Below, one piece after another: positions 37,763 to 47,093 of a DNA stretch of 64,000 nucleotides. Source of the DNA: Candidatus Iainarchaeum sp. (GTDB lineage: Archaea > Iainarchaeota > Iainarchaeia > Iainarchaeales > GCA-2688035). The stretch covers positions 90,805 to 154,804 of the forward strand of contig JAFCCL010000001.1 in assembly GCA_017610205.1 (NCBI GenBank). Reading direction: 5' to 3'. Below the pieces are notes generated by a model, which was not told the DNA's origin, made no database searches, and worked only from the letters and a program-made list of their open reading frames with translations. A program made the position numbers and the translations under genes. The first letter of the stretch is position 1. Each line of letters starts with the position of its first letter.

Positions 37763-38530
37763 TTATTTCTTCTTTGCGTCTTTGCCGGCATCTTTTCCTT
37801 TCTCTTCCTTTCCAGCTTCCTTCTTGCCGTCTTCTTTTCCTGTATCCTTTCCTTCTTCTTTCTTGCCAGCGTCCTTACCTTTGCCTTCGCCTTCCTTGCC
37901 TTTTGCGTCCTTGTCTTCGCTTTCTTTACCCTTGGCTTCTTCTGCTGCCTTCTTCTCTTCCTTAATCATATCCCTTGTTTTCTTAGGTCTTGTTCCAATG
38001 CTTTTGACATCTGTGCCAACACTAATGCTTACTCCAAGGCCCAGTTTTGAATTAGCCCTTCTCAAAGCAGTTTTTGCAACTTCAATGTGTTCCTTGTCAA
38101 CCAAAACAGAAATAATCTTTTGACCAGGCCTTACTCTAACAGCCCTGCCAATATTTTTTCCAAAAGCGTGGCTCATTCCCTGCGAAACACGGTCTGCTCC
38201 AGCACCCTGTGCAAGCTTGTTTTCCCTCAAAACCTGAAATGGATAAACCCTAATTTTCATAAAATAGCCATCCTTGCCAACATTTTTGTTCAAAACCCTG
38301 TTAATTGCCATTCTAATACTTTCAATTGCATTGTCCCTAATCTGACCATGGGCTTCTACTTTAAGGTCAAGAATGTGCGAAAATTCTTTTACTCCATTTC
38401 CCATATTAAACTGCCTGGTTCTAATTCCAGGAATTGCACCAACAAAACTCTTCCTATGATTCTTAACCGCGTAACGCGTAAACGCCCTGTCTTCCTTGCT
38501 GTTATAGCAGTGCCCTGGCCTCAAACCCAT
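37763..38530 (-). CDS. rpl10e: 50S ribosomal protein uL16 (L10e) with long charged C-terminal extension
   Basis: MGLRPGHCY, QIRDNAIES.R, RVYPFQVLRENK..GAGADR.SQGMSHAFGK. Confidence 0.95.
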   Translation of the reverse strand: MGLRPGHCYNSKEDRAFTRYAVKNHRKSFVGAIPGIRTRQFNMGNGVKEFSHILDLKVEAHGQIRDNAIESIRMAINRVLNKNVGKDGYFMKIRVYPFQVLRENKLAQGAGADRVSQGMSHAFGKNIGRAVRVRPGQKIISVLVDKEHIEVAKTALRRANSKLGLGVSISVGTDVKSIGTRPKKTRDMIKEEKKAAEEAKGKESEDKDAKGKEGEGKGKDAGKKEEGKDTGKEDGKKEAGKEEKGKDAGKDAKKK

Positions 38531-38731
38531 TCAAATCACTTTTAAAAAAAAATAACAAAATCCAAAAAAATAGGATTTCAACACAAATAATAGCCCAAGA
38601 AAAGCTTTAAAAAGCTTGAGTGAACACCCTCAAGCAAAATCTTACCCAAACATAAAAGATTTATCCAACTATAGAATAATTTTGCCCCCAATAAAACATT
38701 TATTAAACAATTAAAAGAATAATACAATTAT

Positions 38732-39895
38732 ATGCAATACATTTTCATTACCGGCAGAAACCCAGAACTTGCCCTTGCAGAAGCACTTTCATTGCTTGAA
38801 AAACAAAACATTAACGCAATTCCCTCAACCCCCAAAACAAACGCATTCCTTCTTGACACCAGTAAAGGAATTGACACAAAACAAATTCTTCCAATGCTTG
38901 GAGGAACAATTGCAATAGGAAAAATTTTGTGCACAGGAAACCTTTCCAAAATAAAAAATTTCATTGAAACAGAAGAAGTATACTTTGGGCAAAAAAACAA
39001 ATTCCTATATTCCTGCCTTAACTTTGCCAGCGAAGACAGCCTTAACACAATACTTGGCGCACTCAAGCAAAAATTCAGAAAAGAAAAAACCAAGGCAAGA
39101 TTCAAGTCCGCAAGAGGCACAATCTTAATGCAGTCAGGCAAAGTTGTAGCAGGCACTCCCTCAAAAATTTCAGCAGCAGACACAACCTATTTTCTCTTCA
39201 AAAACAACAACTATTCATTCGGCTTTGTTCAGGCATTCTCGGATTCAAAAGAAACCGAAGCAAGGGACATGGGCAAGCCAGTAAGACGGGAACAATTTGC
39301 AATCTCCCCACGGCTTGCAAAAATCCTTGTAAATCTTTCCCAAACAAACCAAGGGAAAACACTGCTTGACCCATTCTGTGGAATTGGAGTAATCCTGCAA
39401 GAGGCAATACTGCAAGGAATTAACGTTGTTGGAGTTGACTTAAATTTAACAGCCACAACCGGTGCCAAAAAAAACATTGAGTGGATTAAGAAAAAATATC
39501 ATGCAAAAGCAACGTCTGAAATTTTTACAGGAGATTCGCGCAAAACATCTCTGCAAAACATTGCCGGAATTGCAACAGAACCATCTCTTGGAAAACTTCT
39601 TAAAAAAATTCCCTCAAAAAAACAGGCAATACAAATGCAGTTTCGCTTTGAAAACCTAATGATTGAAGTTCTAAACAATACAAAAAATTCGCTTGTTTCA
39701 AACGCAAAAATTGCTTTTACCGCCCCATACATTAACACCGGCAAAAGCAGGTTTGGCTGCAGCATTCAAAAAATCTGCAACAGCACAGGCCTTCAAATCC
39801 ACGCACTTAAAACCCAAAAGTCAAAGTTTCCTGTTTGCGACTTTCGGCCAAATCAAATAGTCGGAAGGGAAATCTTTGTGCTGGAAAAAAAGTAA
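38732..39895 (+). CDS. Trm11/TrmG10-like RNA (guanine-N2) methyltransferase
   Basis: GRNPELALAE, ISPRLAKILVNL, LDPFCGIG, IATEP.LG. Confidence 0.75.
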   Translation: MQYIFITGRNPELALAEALSLLEKQNINAIPSTPKTNAFLLDTSKGIDTKQILPMLGGTIAIGKILCTGNLSKIKNFIETEEVYFGQKNKFLYSCLNFASEDSLNTILGALKQKFRKEKTKARFKSARGTILMQSGKVVAGTPSKISAADTTYFLFKNNNYSFGFVQAFSDSKETEARDMGKPVRREQFAISPRLAKILVNLSQTNQGKTLLDPFCGIGVILQEAILQGINVVGVDLNLTATTGAKKNIEWIKKKYHAKATSEIFTGDSRKTSLQNIAGIATEPSLGKLLKKIPSKKQAIQMQFRFENLMIEVLNNTKNSLVSNAKIAFTAPYINTGKSRFGCSIQKICNSTGLQIHALKTQKSKFPVCDFRPNQIVGREIFVLEKK

Positions 39896-39909
39896 AAGAA
39901 ATTGAAAAC

Positions 39910-40028
39910 GATTAGCAGCTTTAAGACCGCTCCAAGCAAAAACTCAGTGCAAAACCTTTTCCCCGCAGGTCTTAACTTCCGGGTTCGAGATGGGACCGGG
40001 TGTTTCCCCTGTAGCATGGCCGCTAATC
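39910..40028 (-). rRNA. rrf: 5S ribosomal RNA
   Basis: Minus strand reads GATTAGCGGCCAT...ACACCCGGTCCCATCTCGAACCCGGAAGTTAAG...GCTGCTAATC. 119 nt, paired termini, TATA-like TTTAAA about 25 nt upstream. Confidence 0.93.
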
Positions 40029-40073
40029 AATTAGTATTGGGTTTGCTAAGCTTTAAATAGCTTGCTTTTTGCT

Positions 40074-40493
40074 TTAAAACTCTCTGTAGCGGGCATTTCC
40101 AGCGTGGCCAAAAACATCCAGCAAAAGGCTTTTGTTTGAGCCAAAATGTGATCTTTTAACATTTACTTTTTCTTTTCCGAGATTGGCTTCAATCCTATTT
40201 AAGGCAGATAATCCTTTCTCAGAGCCAGCTATCTTGTTTGACAAGTGTGCAAAAGGCACAAGCACTACATTTTCACTTCCGACTTCTTTGCACATTTTGA
40301 TAATTTCTTCAGCAAGACCTTTTGCAACAAGAATTGGCTCGTCTTTTTTTTCAACGGTTACAAATGCAACAATGCAATCATTGCATTCCTGCTTTTGGTC
40401 TTTCAAAGCCTCTGGTTTTATTTTAGCTGGCCTGTTGGAGAATGAATCAAACTCGGTCATATAGTGCTTGCAGTGAAAGAGAAGGGTTCTCAC
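40074..40493 (-). CDS. Free-standing threonyl-tRNA synthetase editing-domain protein (archaeal type)
   Basis: MRTLLFHC, FVTVEKKD, LVPFAHLS, FG..K...LDVFGH..N.RYREF. GTG start at 40493 just after the tbp stop. Confidence 0.85.
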   Translation of the reverse strand: MRTLLFHCKHYMTEFDSFSNRPAKIKPEALKDQKQECNDCIVAFVTVEKKDEPILVAKGLAEEIIKMCKEVGSENVVLVPFAHLSNKIAGSEKGLSALNRIEANLGKEKVNVKRSHFGSNKSLLLDVFGHAGNARYREF

Positions 40494-40497
40494 AAAA

Positions 40498-41103
40498 TCA
40501 CTTATTTTTTTTCTTTCCTGGCTTTTTTGCTGCAGATTTTTTTTTTGCTGGCTTTTTTGCAACCTTTTTCTTCTTGCCAATAACTAATTCCTCTGCAACC
40601 TTTAGGCCCTTTCTCAAAAGGCTTTCCCTTTTTGCACCTGCACAAATCATTTTGCCGTTTTTGAACAGCAAGAGCGTGAGCTTTGGGTCGGCAATTCTTA
40701 GGATTGCTCCTGGAAACTGTTCTGGCTCATACTCTACGTTGTCCAAATCCATTGCTGTTTGAAACAAGTCAAGGTTTTGGTTCAGGTTTGCTGTTGCAAC
40801 CAAATTCACAACATTGTACTTTACAGTTTTTTGAATCTTTACCTGTTTTTGAATTCCGTGAATTAGCTTGCTTGCCTTTCTAATAGCCTGTGCAATCTGC
40901 TTTTCGCTGCTTGCACCGCTGCAAATAACCTTTCCGTTTTTGAACAAAAGCATTGAAACTTTTGGCTCCTTCAGTTTCAAAATTGCTCCAGGAAACTGCT
41001 CTGGCTCATACTCAATATTTGGAATGCTCACAGCTAAATTATATAAGTCAAGTGTGGCATTCAAATTGGATGAGGCAACCAAATTCACAATAGTATACTT
41101 CAT
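40498..41103 (-). CDS. tbp: TATA-box binding protein with Lys/Ala-rich tail
   Basis: Two repeats of VNLVA...EYEPEQFPGAIL...LLFKNGK..C.GA. Confidence 0.96.
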   Translation of the reverse strand: MKYTIVNLVASSNLNATLDLYNLAVSIPNIEYEPEQFPGAILKLKEPKVSMLLFKNGKVICSGASSEKQIAQAIRKASKLIHGIQKQVKIQKTVKYNVVNLVATANLNQNLDLFQTAMDLDNVEYEPEQFPGAILRIADPKLTLLLFKNGKMICAGAKRESLLRKGLKVAEELVIGKKKKVAKKPAKKKSAAKKPGKKKNK

Positions 41104-41176
41104 AAGGCATCAACTCCAGTGGTTCCAACCCAAAAAAAGGCCTTTATAAACCATTAATAAAAGGGTTTCGGAAGGT

Positions 41177-41845
41177 TTAAAAAGGCAAGCAAAAGCCACG
41201 AGGCGGTTTTGTCTTTGCTATTTTTTTGCTTGCGACTACAATTATTCCTTCGCTTAGTCTGCGTGGCATTGGAATGTTTTTGCTGATTTCCCTGCCGTTG
41301 TAACCCAAAATTGTTTCTACTTTGAATCCTGCCTGTTCAACTTCTTTGGCGATTGTTTTTGGGTTGAAGAAGCGAATGTGGGCCTTGTCTCCGCTGAGGA
41401 ATATGTCGTTGCCGAACAAAAGGCGAATTCTGTTTGAATAGTTTATTACATTTGGTGTTGTGAGAAACAGAATGCCTCCTTTGTTTAGTGCATTGGAGCA
41501 GTTTTTGAGAAATGTTTGGGTGTCAAAAACGTGTTCAATTATTTCTGTTGCAAAAATTGAATTGTATTTTTTTCCGGTTTTAATTTTCTTTTTTCCAAAA
41601 TCGCATTGGAAAAAACTTAGTTTTGGATTGTTTTTTTTTGCTCTTGCAATCGCTGCCTTGCTTATGTCGCATCCGTCAACTTTGTCAAAATGTTTTGCCA
41701 GCCACTTTGTTTTTTGACCATAGTAACATCCAAGGTCTAAAACAGGGCTTTTAAGGAATTTTAGTGCAATCTTGTTTACTTTTTTTGAATTGACCTGCAC
41801 AAAGCCCTTTTCTGCATAGTCTTCGTAGAATTCTTCAAGACTCAT
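41177..41845 (-). CDS. Class I SAM-dependent methyltransferase
   Basis: VLDLGC..G, GCDIS, EIIEHV, LTTPN, HIRFF. Confidence 0.88.
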   Translation of the reverse strand: MSLEEFYEDYAEKGFVQVNSKKVNKIALKFLKSPVLDLGCYYGQKTKWLAKHFDKVDGCDISKAAIARAKKNNPKLSFFQCDFGKKKIKTGKKYNSIFATEIIEHVFDTQTFLKNCSNALNKGGILFLTTPNVINYSNRIRLLFGNDIFLSGDKAHIRFFNPKTIAKEVEQAGFKVETILGYNGREISKNIPMPRRLSEGIIVVASKKIAKTKPPRGFCLPF

Positions 41846-42067
41846 AAAACGTACACCACTTTATTCATTTTAAATTACATCTTTCATACTTTTTAATGTT
41901 CTGGTGAATGTTTAAATTGAATTTGTTTTGTTTAACTTGAATTAATTTTTGTTTCAAAAAAGCTTTTTTGGGCTTTAATGTCAGCTATTTAAAGCTTTCT
42001 TTGCTTATATTTTTAATTCAGTGTCTTAATTTAAGTAGTTACATTTCTGAAAAAATGGTGATTTAAA

Positions 42068-42367
42068 ATGGTAAACAAAAAAGCAAAGGGAAAAAGGGCC
42101 AAAACAAGGTCAAAGCTCAAAAACAAGGCGGGTAAAGCCTCTGTTAATGAAATTCTAAGACCTTTTGGGAAAGGAGCAAAGGTTCAGATAAACATAAGGC
42201 CTGACATGCACAGCGGAATGCCGCCTGCAATCTACCAAGGTAGTTTTGGTATTGTAAAAGGAATGCAGGGCACTGCATACAATGTTTCGGTTAAAAAAGG
42301 CAACCTTAAAAATACTCTTATAGTTCGTGGAATTCACCTAAAAGAACAGGAGGGGAAATTCAAATGA
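42068..42367 (+). CDS. rpl21e: 50S ribosomal protein eL21
   Basis: G.R.KTRSKL, HSGMP...YQG..G, HLK; conserved rpl21e-rpoF-DUF655-ksgA order. Confidence 0.92.
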   Translation: MVNKKAKGKRAKTRSKLKNKAGKASVNEILRPFGKGAKVQINIRPDMHSGMPPAIYQGSFGIVKGMQGTAYNVSVKKGNLKNTLIVRGIHLKEQEGKFK

Positions 42368-42699
42368 TTGGAGAAAAATTCATTAACCAAAAGCCGGTTA
42401 GCCTGGCTGAAGTAAAGCAATTGCTTGCTGACAGAAAAAAAGAAAAAGACTTAACTTACGAACAGGATATTACTCTAAAGTTTGCAAAAAAGTTTTCAAA
42501 GCTTAGTTTGGCAAACGCAAAAAAGTTGCAGGCAGAGCTTGAAAAAATTGAAGAGCTTGATTCGGAAACAGTAACAAAGATCATTGACATTTTGCCGGAG
42601 AAAAAGGAAAAATTGCAGCTTCTTTTTATTAAGGAAACTGTGTTAAACGAGGTTGACTTGCAAAAAATCCTTTCCCTATGCAAAAAGTACAGGAAATAA
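42364..42699 (+). CDS. rpoF: DNA-directed RNA polymerase subunit Rpo4 (RpoF)
   Basis: MIGEK...VSLAEVK, LTYEQ, KFSKL, KIIDILP; synteny. Confidence 0.9.
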   Translation: MIGEKFINQKPVSLAEVKQLLADRKKEKDLTYEQDITLKFAKKFSKLSLANAKKLQAELEKIEELDSETVTKIIDILPEKKEKLQLLFIKETVLNEVDLQKILSLCKKYRK

Positions 42700-42729
42700 C
42701 TGATTTTTTTTTAAAAGCGGTGATATCCT

Positions 42730-43299
42730 ATGCCAAACGAAGAAGAAGCACTTGTATTAGATTACATGTCAAAAGGAAAGCCAAACAGCTTTAAGCCAGA
42801 GCCAATTGCCCAAATTTTGGGAAAGCAATTTTTTTCATTGCTTGAAGTGGTTCCAAAAGAAGACCTTAAGATAATGGAAACTGTTTATGTAGGCAAGGAC
42901 GAAAGGGCAAAAATTGATTTTATTAAGCGAAGAATAAACTTTAACATGCTTACAAGTACGGCAATTGCAGAACTTCAAAAGGCTGTTGAAAAAATTGTAA
43001 CCGATGACAAAAAAAGGTTTCTTGACTTTTTCAACAACGCACGTTCCATTACTCTTAGAAGGCACCAGCTTGAGCTTTTGCCAGGAATGGGAAAAAAGCA
43101 CATGCTTGACATTCTAAAAGAACGTGAAAAAAAGCCATTTGAGTCATTTGAAGACCTGATTGCAAGAGTAAAGCTTTTGCCAGATCCTTCAAAAACAATT
43201 GTAAAAAGAATAATGCTTGAACTGGAGGACGAAACACTCAACCATTATATTTTTGCCAGACCACCTGTAAAAGAAAAAACTTTTGGCAAAAGATTCTAA
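42730..43299 (+). CDS. DUF655 family putative RNA-binding protein
   Basis: EE.ALVLDY, FFSLLE, FFN....T.R.HQLELLPG.GKK, PFESFED. Confidence 0.92.
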   Translation: MPNEEEALVLDYMSKGKPNSFKPEPIAQILGKQFFSLLEVVPKEDLKIMETVYVGKDERAKIDFIKRRINFNMLTSTAIAELQKAVEKIVTDDKKRFLDFFNNARSITLRRHQLELLPGMGKKHMLDILKEREKKPFESFEDLIARVKLLPDPSKTIVKRIMLELEDETLNHYIFARPPVKEKTFGKRF

Positions 43300-43304
43300 A
43301 TTTT

Positions 43305-44123
43305 ATGAGCCTTTTTAACGAACTGCAAAACCTAATGGTAAAATACCGATTTAGGGCAAACAGAAAACTTTCACAAAATTTTGCAATAAACGAACAACTT
43401 ATTGAAAAAATTGTTGAACTTGCAGACTTAAAAGAAAGCGACACAGTTCTTGAAATTGGAGCAGGAACCGGTTTTCTTACAAGAGTTCTTTTGAAAAAAA
43501 GCAAAGTTGTAGCTGTTGAAAAAGATAACGGGCTTTGCGCATTGCTTGAAGAAGAGCTTTCCAAAAAAAACCTCGCCCTTGTATGCGGTGATTTCTTAAA
43601 AGCAAAGCTTCCAAAATACAACAAAGTTGTATCGCTTCCGCCCTACTCGCAAAGTTCAGCCATAATCTACAAGCTTTTGGAAAATCCATTTGAATTAGGA
43701 GTTCTTGTTTTTCAAAAAGAGTTTGCAGAAAAGCTTGTTGCCTGGCCTGGTTTTGATGAATACTGTGCTTTAACTGTTTTAACCCAATGCTATTTTGATC
43801 CAAAAATTGTGCAAACAGTGTCATCAGGCTTATTTTTTCCAAAACCAAAAAGCGAAAGCGTAATTATTGTGCTCAAGCAATGTTCAGAACCTCCAAAAAT
43901 CAAAGACAAAAAAAAGTTTGTTCTTTTTGTAAAAACTCTTTTCAGGTTCAGAAACAAAAATCTTGCAAATGCCTTAAACAAAAGCAGGCAATTTTTACTA
44001 CCCTCGTTTGGAATTAGTGCGGAAAAGTTCAACAAAAGAGTCGCCTCTATTGAACTGTCGGAAGAAAAGGTTGACCTGCTTCCAGTTGAATACTTTGTCG
44101 AAATATTTAATGAACTGGCTTAA
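43305..44123 (+). CDS. rsmA: 16S rRNA adenine dimethyltransferase (KsgA/Dim1)
   Basis: LSQNF, VLEIGAGTG.LT, SLPPY, FQKEFA, FFPKPK.ES. Confidence 0.92.
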   Translation: MSLFNELQNLMVKYRFRANRKLSQNFAINEQLIEKIVELADLKESDTVLEIGAGTGFLTRVLLKKSKVVAVEKDNGLCALLEEELSKKNLALVCGDFLKAKLPKYNKVVSLPPYSQSSAIIYKLLENPFELGVLVFQKEFAEKLVAWPGFDEYCALTVLTQCYFDPKIVQTVSSGLFFPKPKSESVIIVLKQCSEPPKIKDKKKFVLFVKTLFRFRNKNLANALNKSRQFLLPSFGISAEKFNKRVASIELSEEKVDLLPVEYFVEIFNELA

Positions 44124-44129
44124 AAAGTT

Positions 44130-45662
44130 TCACGGCATTATTTCAATTATGTTGCGTTCCAATGCAACAATTTCGTTCTTTTTTGCATAGTCCAAAGCAA
44201 GCTTGAGCTTTCTCTTGTTTTTGCTAAAAATTCTAAACAACGGCTGCTTTTTTTTAAGAATGTTGCCTTCTTCAACATAAAGATACAGTCCTGCTTCCTT
44301 GTCGGCAGGAGCTCCGGCAATTCTTGCAACCGTATTGCATTTTCTTACATTAATCTTGTCAATTGTTCCGGATCCTGTTGAAAGCACATCCTTTCCAAGC
44401 TTTAACTTTGGCATTTTACTGCTTTTAAGGTAATGTCTGCCCTGTGCTTTTATTATTTGCTGCATTTTTTTCAAAGCCCTTCCGCTTTCAAGAATTTCCT
44501 TTGCAATCGTATAACCCTTTCCTTTTTTTGCCTTGCCGCACAATTCCAAAAGAATTCCAGCAAGCTCACAGCTTTTTTGTGCAAGATCATCAAAAAACTC
44601 ACCTTCCAAAATCTGCATTACATACTTTGCTTCAAGTGCTGGCCCAAAAACCTTTCCGCATGGATGCGTTCCGTCAGTCAAAACAGCCTGAACTTTTATT
44701 CCAAGGTGCTTTCCAACAGCAATAAATTTTCTTGCCATATCCTCTGCTTTTTCCTTTGTATGAATTTTTACATCTGGTCCAACAGGCAAATCAATTACAA
44801 CAAACCTGCTTCCAACACTTGCTTTTTTTGCCATTACTGAAGCAATAACCTGCCCAGGTGGGTCAAGAGAAAAAGGGTGCTCTATTTTGATTATTTCGTC
44901 GTCAACAGGAGCAAGGTCTAATGCGCCACCCCATGCAATCACTCCTCCAATATTTTCAGTAATGCTTTTTATCTTGTTCATTGAAAGCGAAACATCTGCA
45001 AGCACTTCCATTACGTCGGCTGTTCCTGCAGCGCTGGTAATGCTTCTGCTGCTTGTTTTTGGAATAAAACATCCTGCCGAGGCAACAATTGGAACAACAA
45101 TCATTGTAGTCCTGCCATTTGTTCCGCCAATGCAGTGCTTGTCAACAACCGGCTTTTTTGAAATTTTTATTTCCTTTCCATTTTCCGCCAATGCCTTTGT
45201 CATTGCAACCGTTTCATCCAAAGTGTATCCATGAACAAATACCGCGCTTACAAAAGCGCTTGTTTCAATTTCACTCAAAGCATTTTTGCCCATGTCGCTT
45301 ATAATTTCTCTAATTTCTTTTTCTCGCAATTCCTCTCCGTTAAGCTTTTTTTTAATGTAAACAAGCGAAACAAGTTTTGGAACAGGGGTAACTCTTATCC
45401 TGCTTTTTCCATCAAGCGAAAGCTTTTCCTTAACGCTTTTGAATACTCCAAGTTGGTTTGGCTTTACCATTGAATCAGTAACATCCACAACTGTTACAAT
45501 TTTTCTGCTGCTTCCAACTGCCTTTAATTCAACCCTGTCAAGTGGAAAAAGCCCAAGCTCGCCTGCATCAATTCTGTTCATTATGCAAATCATGCGCTGG
45601 GCTTCAATGTCAAAAGACTTCACAGACATTATCTGACTATATGCACTCTTGCTTTTTTTCAT
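44130..45662 (-). CDS. AMP phosphorylase (thymidine phosphorylase family, long archaeal form)
   Basis: N-terminal beta-barrel extension, DKHCIGG, KTSSRSITSAAGTAD.ME, LAP.DD.II.IE, SVMAKK, GPALEA, AR.AGAP.DK.AG. Confidence 0.9.
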   Translation of the reverse strand: MKKSKSAYSQIMSVKSFDIEAQRMICIMNRIDAGELGLFPLDRVELKAVGSSRKIVTVVDVTDSMVKPNQLGVFKSVKEKLSLDGKSRIRVTPVPKLVSLVYIKKKLNGEELREKEIREIISDMGKNALSEIETSAFVSAVFVHGYTLDETVAMTKALAENGKEIKISKKPVVDKHCIGGTNGRTTMIVVPIVASAGCFIPKTSSRSITSAAGTADVMEVLADVSLSMNKIKSITENIGGVIAWGGALDLAPVDDEIIKIEHPFSLDPPGQVIASVMAKKASVGSRFVVIDLPVGPDVKIHTKEKAEDMARKFIAVGKHLGIKVQAVLTDGTHPCGKVFGPALEAKYVMQILEGEFFDDLAQKSCELAGILLELCGKAKKGKGYTIAKEILESGRALKKMQQIIKAQGRHYLKSSKMPKLKLGKDVLSTGSGTIDKINVRKCNTVARIAGAPADKEAGLYLYVEEGNILKKKQPLFRIFSKNKRKLKLALDYAKKNEIVALERNIIEIMP

Positions 45663-45713
45663 GCTAACTAGTAAAGTGAAAAGAGGTATTTAATTCTATC
45701 CTGCCTTTGTGGC

Positions 45714-45774
45714 TTACAGCTTGCTTGTCAGTTCTTCCGTTACACTGGTTTTTATAATTTGCTTGTCAGTTCTT
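45714..45774 (-). repeat. 23-bp duplication of the pyrF 3' end (both copies encode ELTSKL-stop)
   Basis: ttacagcttgcttgtcagttctt (45714-45736) versus ttataatttgcttgtcagttctt (45752-45774). Confidence 0.85.
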
Positions 45775-46456
45775 TTGCTGCCTTTGTTTTGTCTTCTGCA
45801 TTGTAAATGCCTCTTCCAACAATAGCATGCCATCTTTTGCCTGCTGCCTTTCCGCTTTCACTGATTTCTCCACCTTGTGCTACAAGACCTGGGCTGTACA
45901 AAACAGGTTCAATTCCCTTGCTTTCAAAAAGTTCCTTGTAAGAAGCAATCTTCTCCGGTTTGTTTCCTGGAACAACAAAGTCTGTTACCCCTTCTTCAAT
46001 TGCAATCTCGTACATTCTTTTTGGAGAAGAGTTGTCAATAAAACCACCGTTTTCTTTCAAGTAGGTTGGGTGGGTCATCTCTCCCCCAACGATTACTCCA
46101 AGACCTTTGGCTTTTGCTGCTTCAATCCATGCCTTTTCTGTTTGAGGGCCGGCTTGTGGAAAAAATATCACTGCGTCAATTCCTGCTTCACTGCAAACGC
46201 TTGCAAACTTTTCCCCCATTGGCGGAATGTCTGTTCCTGCCTTTTGATGGTCGTAAATAATTGGCTTGTCGCTGTACTCTCTTATTGTGCTTACAACCTT
46301 TCCCAAACCAAATCCAAGGCCCAAAGAAAAGCCAACTTTGTAGGCACCAATCTTTTTCACACCAGCAGTTGCTTTTACAAGTTCATCAAGTTCTTGCAAT
46401 GTTGCAACATCACAGGCAGGAATAATGCTTTTGTTTATTGGAATTATTTTGTTCAT
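45752..46456 (-). CDS. pyrF: Orotidine-5'-phosphate decarboxylase
   Basis: IPACD, YKVG, DHQKAGTDIP, EMTHP, SPG..AQGG, IVGR.IY; adjacent to pyrE. Confidence 0.88.
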   Translation of the reverse strand: MNKIIPINKSIIPACDVATLQELDELVKATAGVKKIGAYKVGFSLGLGFGLGKVVSTIREYSDKPIIYDHQKAGTDIPPMGEKFASVCSEAGIDAVIFFPQAGPQTEKAWIEAAKAKGLGVIVGGEMTHPTYLKENGGFIDNSSPKRMYEIAIEEGVTDFVVPGNKPEKIASYKELFESKGIEPVLYSPGLVAQGGEISESGKAAGKRWHAIVGRGIYNAEDKTKAAKELTSKL

Positions 46457-46457
46457 T

Positions 46458-47093
46458 TTAGTTTACCTCCTTGTCAGCCATCTTTTTACTCCATTCTTCT
46501 GAATTTGAAAGATAGTCTTTAATTGAATCAAATTGTTTCTGAGAAATTTTTCCTGTTTCAACCAGGTATTGTAGCAATTCAGAAACCTTCAAAACAGCGT
46601 GCAACTCATAGCCCTTTTCCTTCAATTCTTCTGGACCGCCTTGCTCTCTGTCAATTAGCACAACAATGTCCTTTACTTTCAATCCTGCTTCTTCTAAGGG
46701 CTTTACTGCCTCAAACTTGCTTGTTCCTCTGGTAATCAAATCGTCTATTACCAGAACTGTTTCCCCATCCTTGAAAACTCCTTCAATTGAGTTCTTTGTG
46801 CCGTGTGCCTTTATGTCCTTTCTGGGGTAAATCATTGACCATCCTGATTCTAAAGAAACGGCTGTGGCAATTGGCATTGCAGCATAGGGGATTCCTGCAA
46901 TCCTGTCAAATTCCAAGCCTTTTCCAATTTCAACCAGTTTACTGGAAACCATTTTTAATGCATCTGGATACGAGGCCAACAGCCTTAAATCAATGTAGAT
47001 TGGACTAAGCAACCCGCTCTTTAGCGTAAACTTTCCAAACTTCACTGCTCCAATCTCAAACAGCTTTTCGCACAATTCCTGTTTTGAAGTCAT
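46458..47093 (-). CDS. pyrE: Orotate phosphoribosyltransferase
   Basis: FG.FTLKSG..SPIYIDLR, RK..K.HGT, VIDDLIT.G.S, DREQGG. Confidence 0.95.
   Translation of the reverse strand: MTSKQELCEKLFEIGAVKFGKFTLKSGLLSPIYIDLRLLASYPDALKMVSSKLVEIGKGLEFDRIAGIPYAAMPIATAVSLESGWSMIYPRKDIKAHGTKNSIEGVFKDGETVLVIDDLITRGTSKFEAVKPLEEAGLKVKDIVVLIDREQGGPEELKEKGYELHAVLKVSELLQYLVETGKISQKQFDSIKDYLSNSEEWSKKMADKEVN

Noticed and set aside
38531-38731. tRNA or other ncRNA in the larger intergenic gaps (also 41846-42067 and 56138-56271)
   Set aside because: No cloverleaf or T-loop GTTCRA context; these are low-complexity divergent promoter regions.
40494-40580. Gln/Lys-rich N-terminal extension on the ThrRS editing protein (ORF track start 40580)
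   Set aside because: It is an alternative-frame reading of the TBP tail; a GTG with SD at 40493 gives a normal domain start.
40680-41090. Direct repeat within 40.7-41.1 kb
   Set aside because: This is the normal internal two-fold repeat of TBP.
45752-46456. pyrF as a pseudogene because DHQKAGTD departs from the DxKxxD spacing
   Set aside because: The ORF is full length, keeps the other OMP decarboxylase motifs and sits 1 nt from pyrE; it is more likely a subfamily variant.
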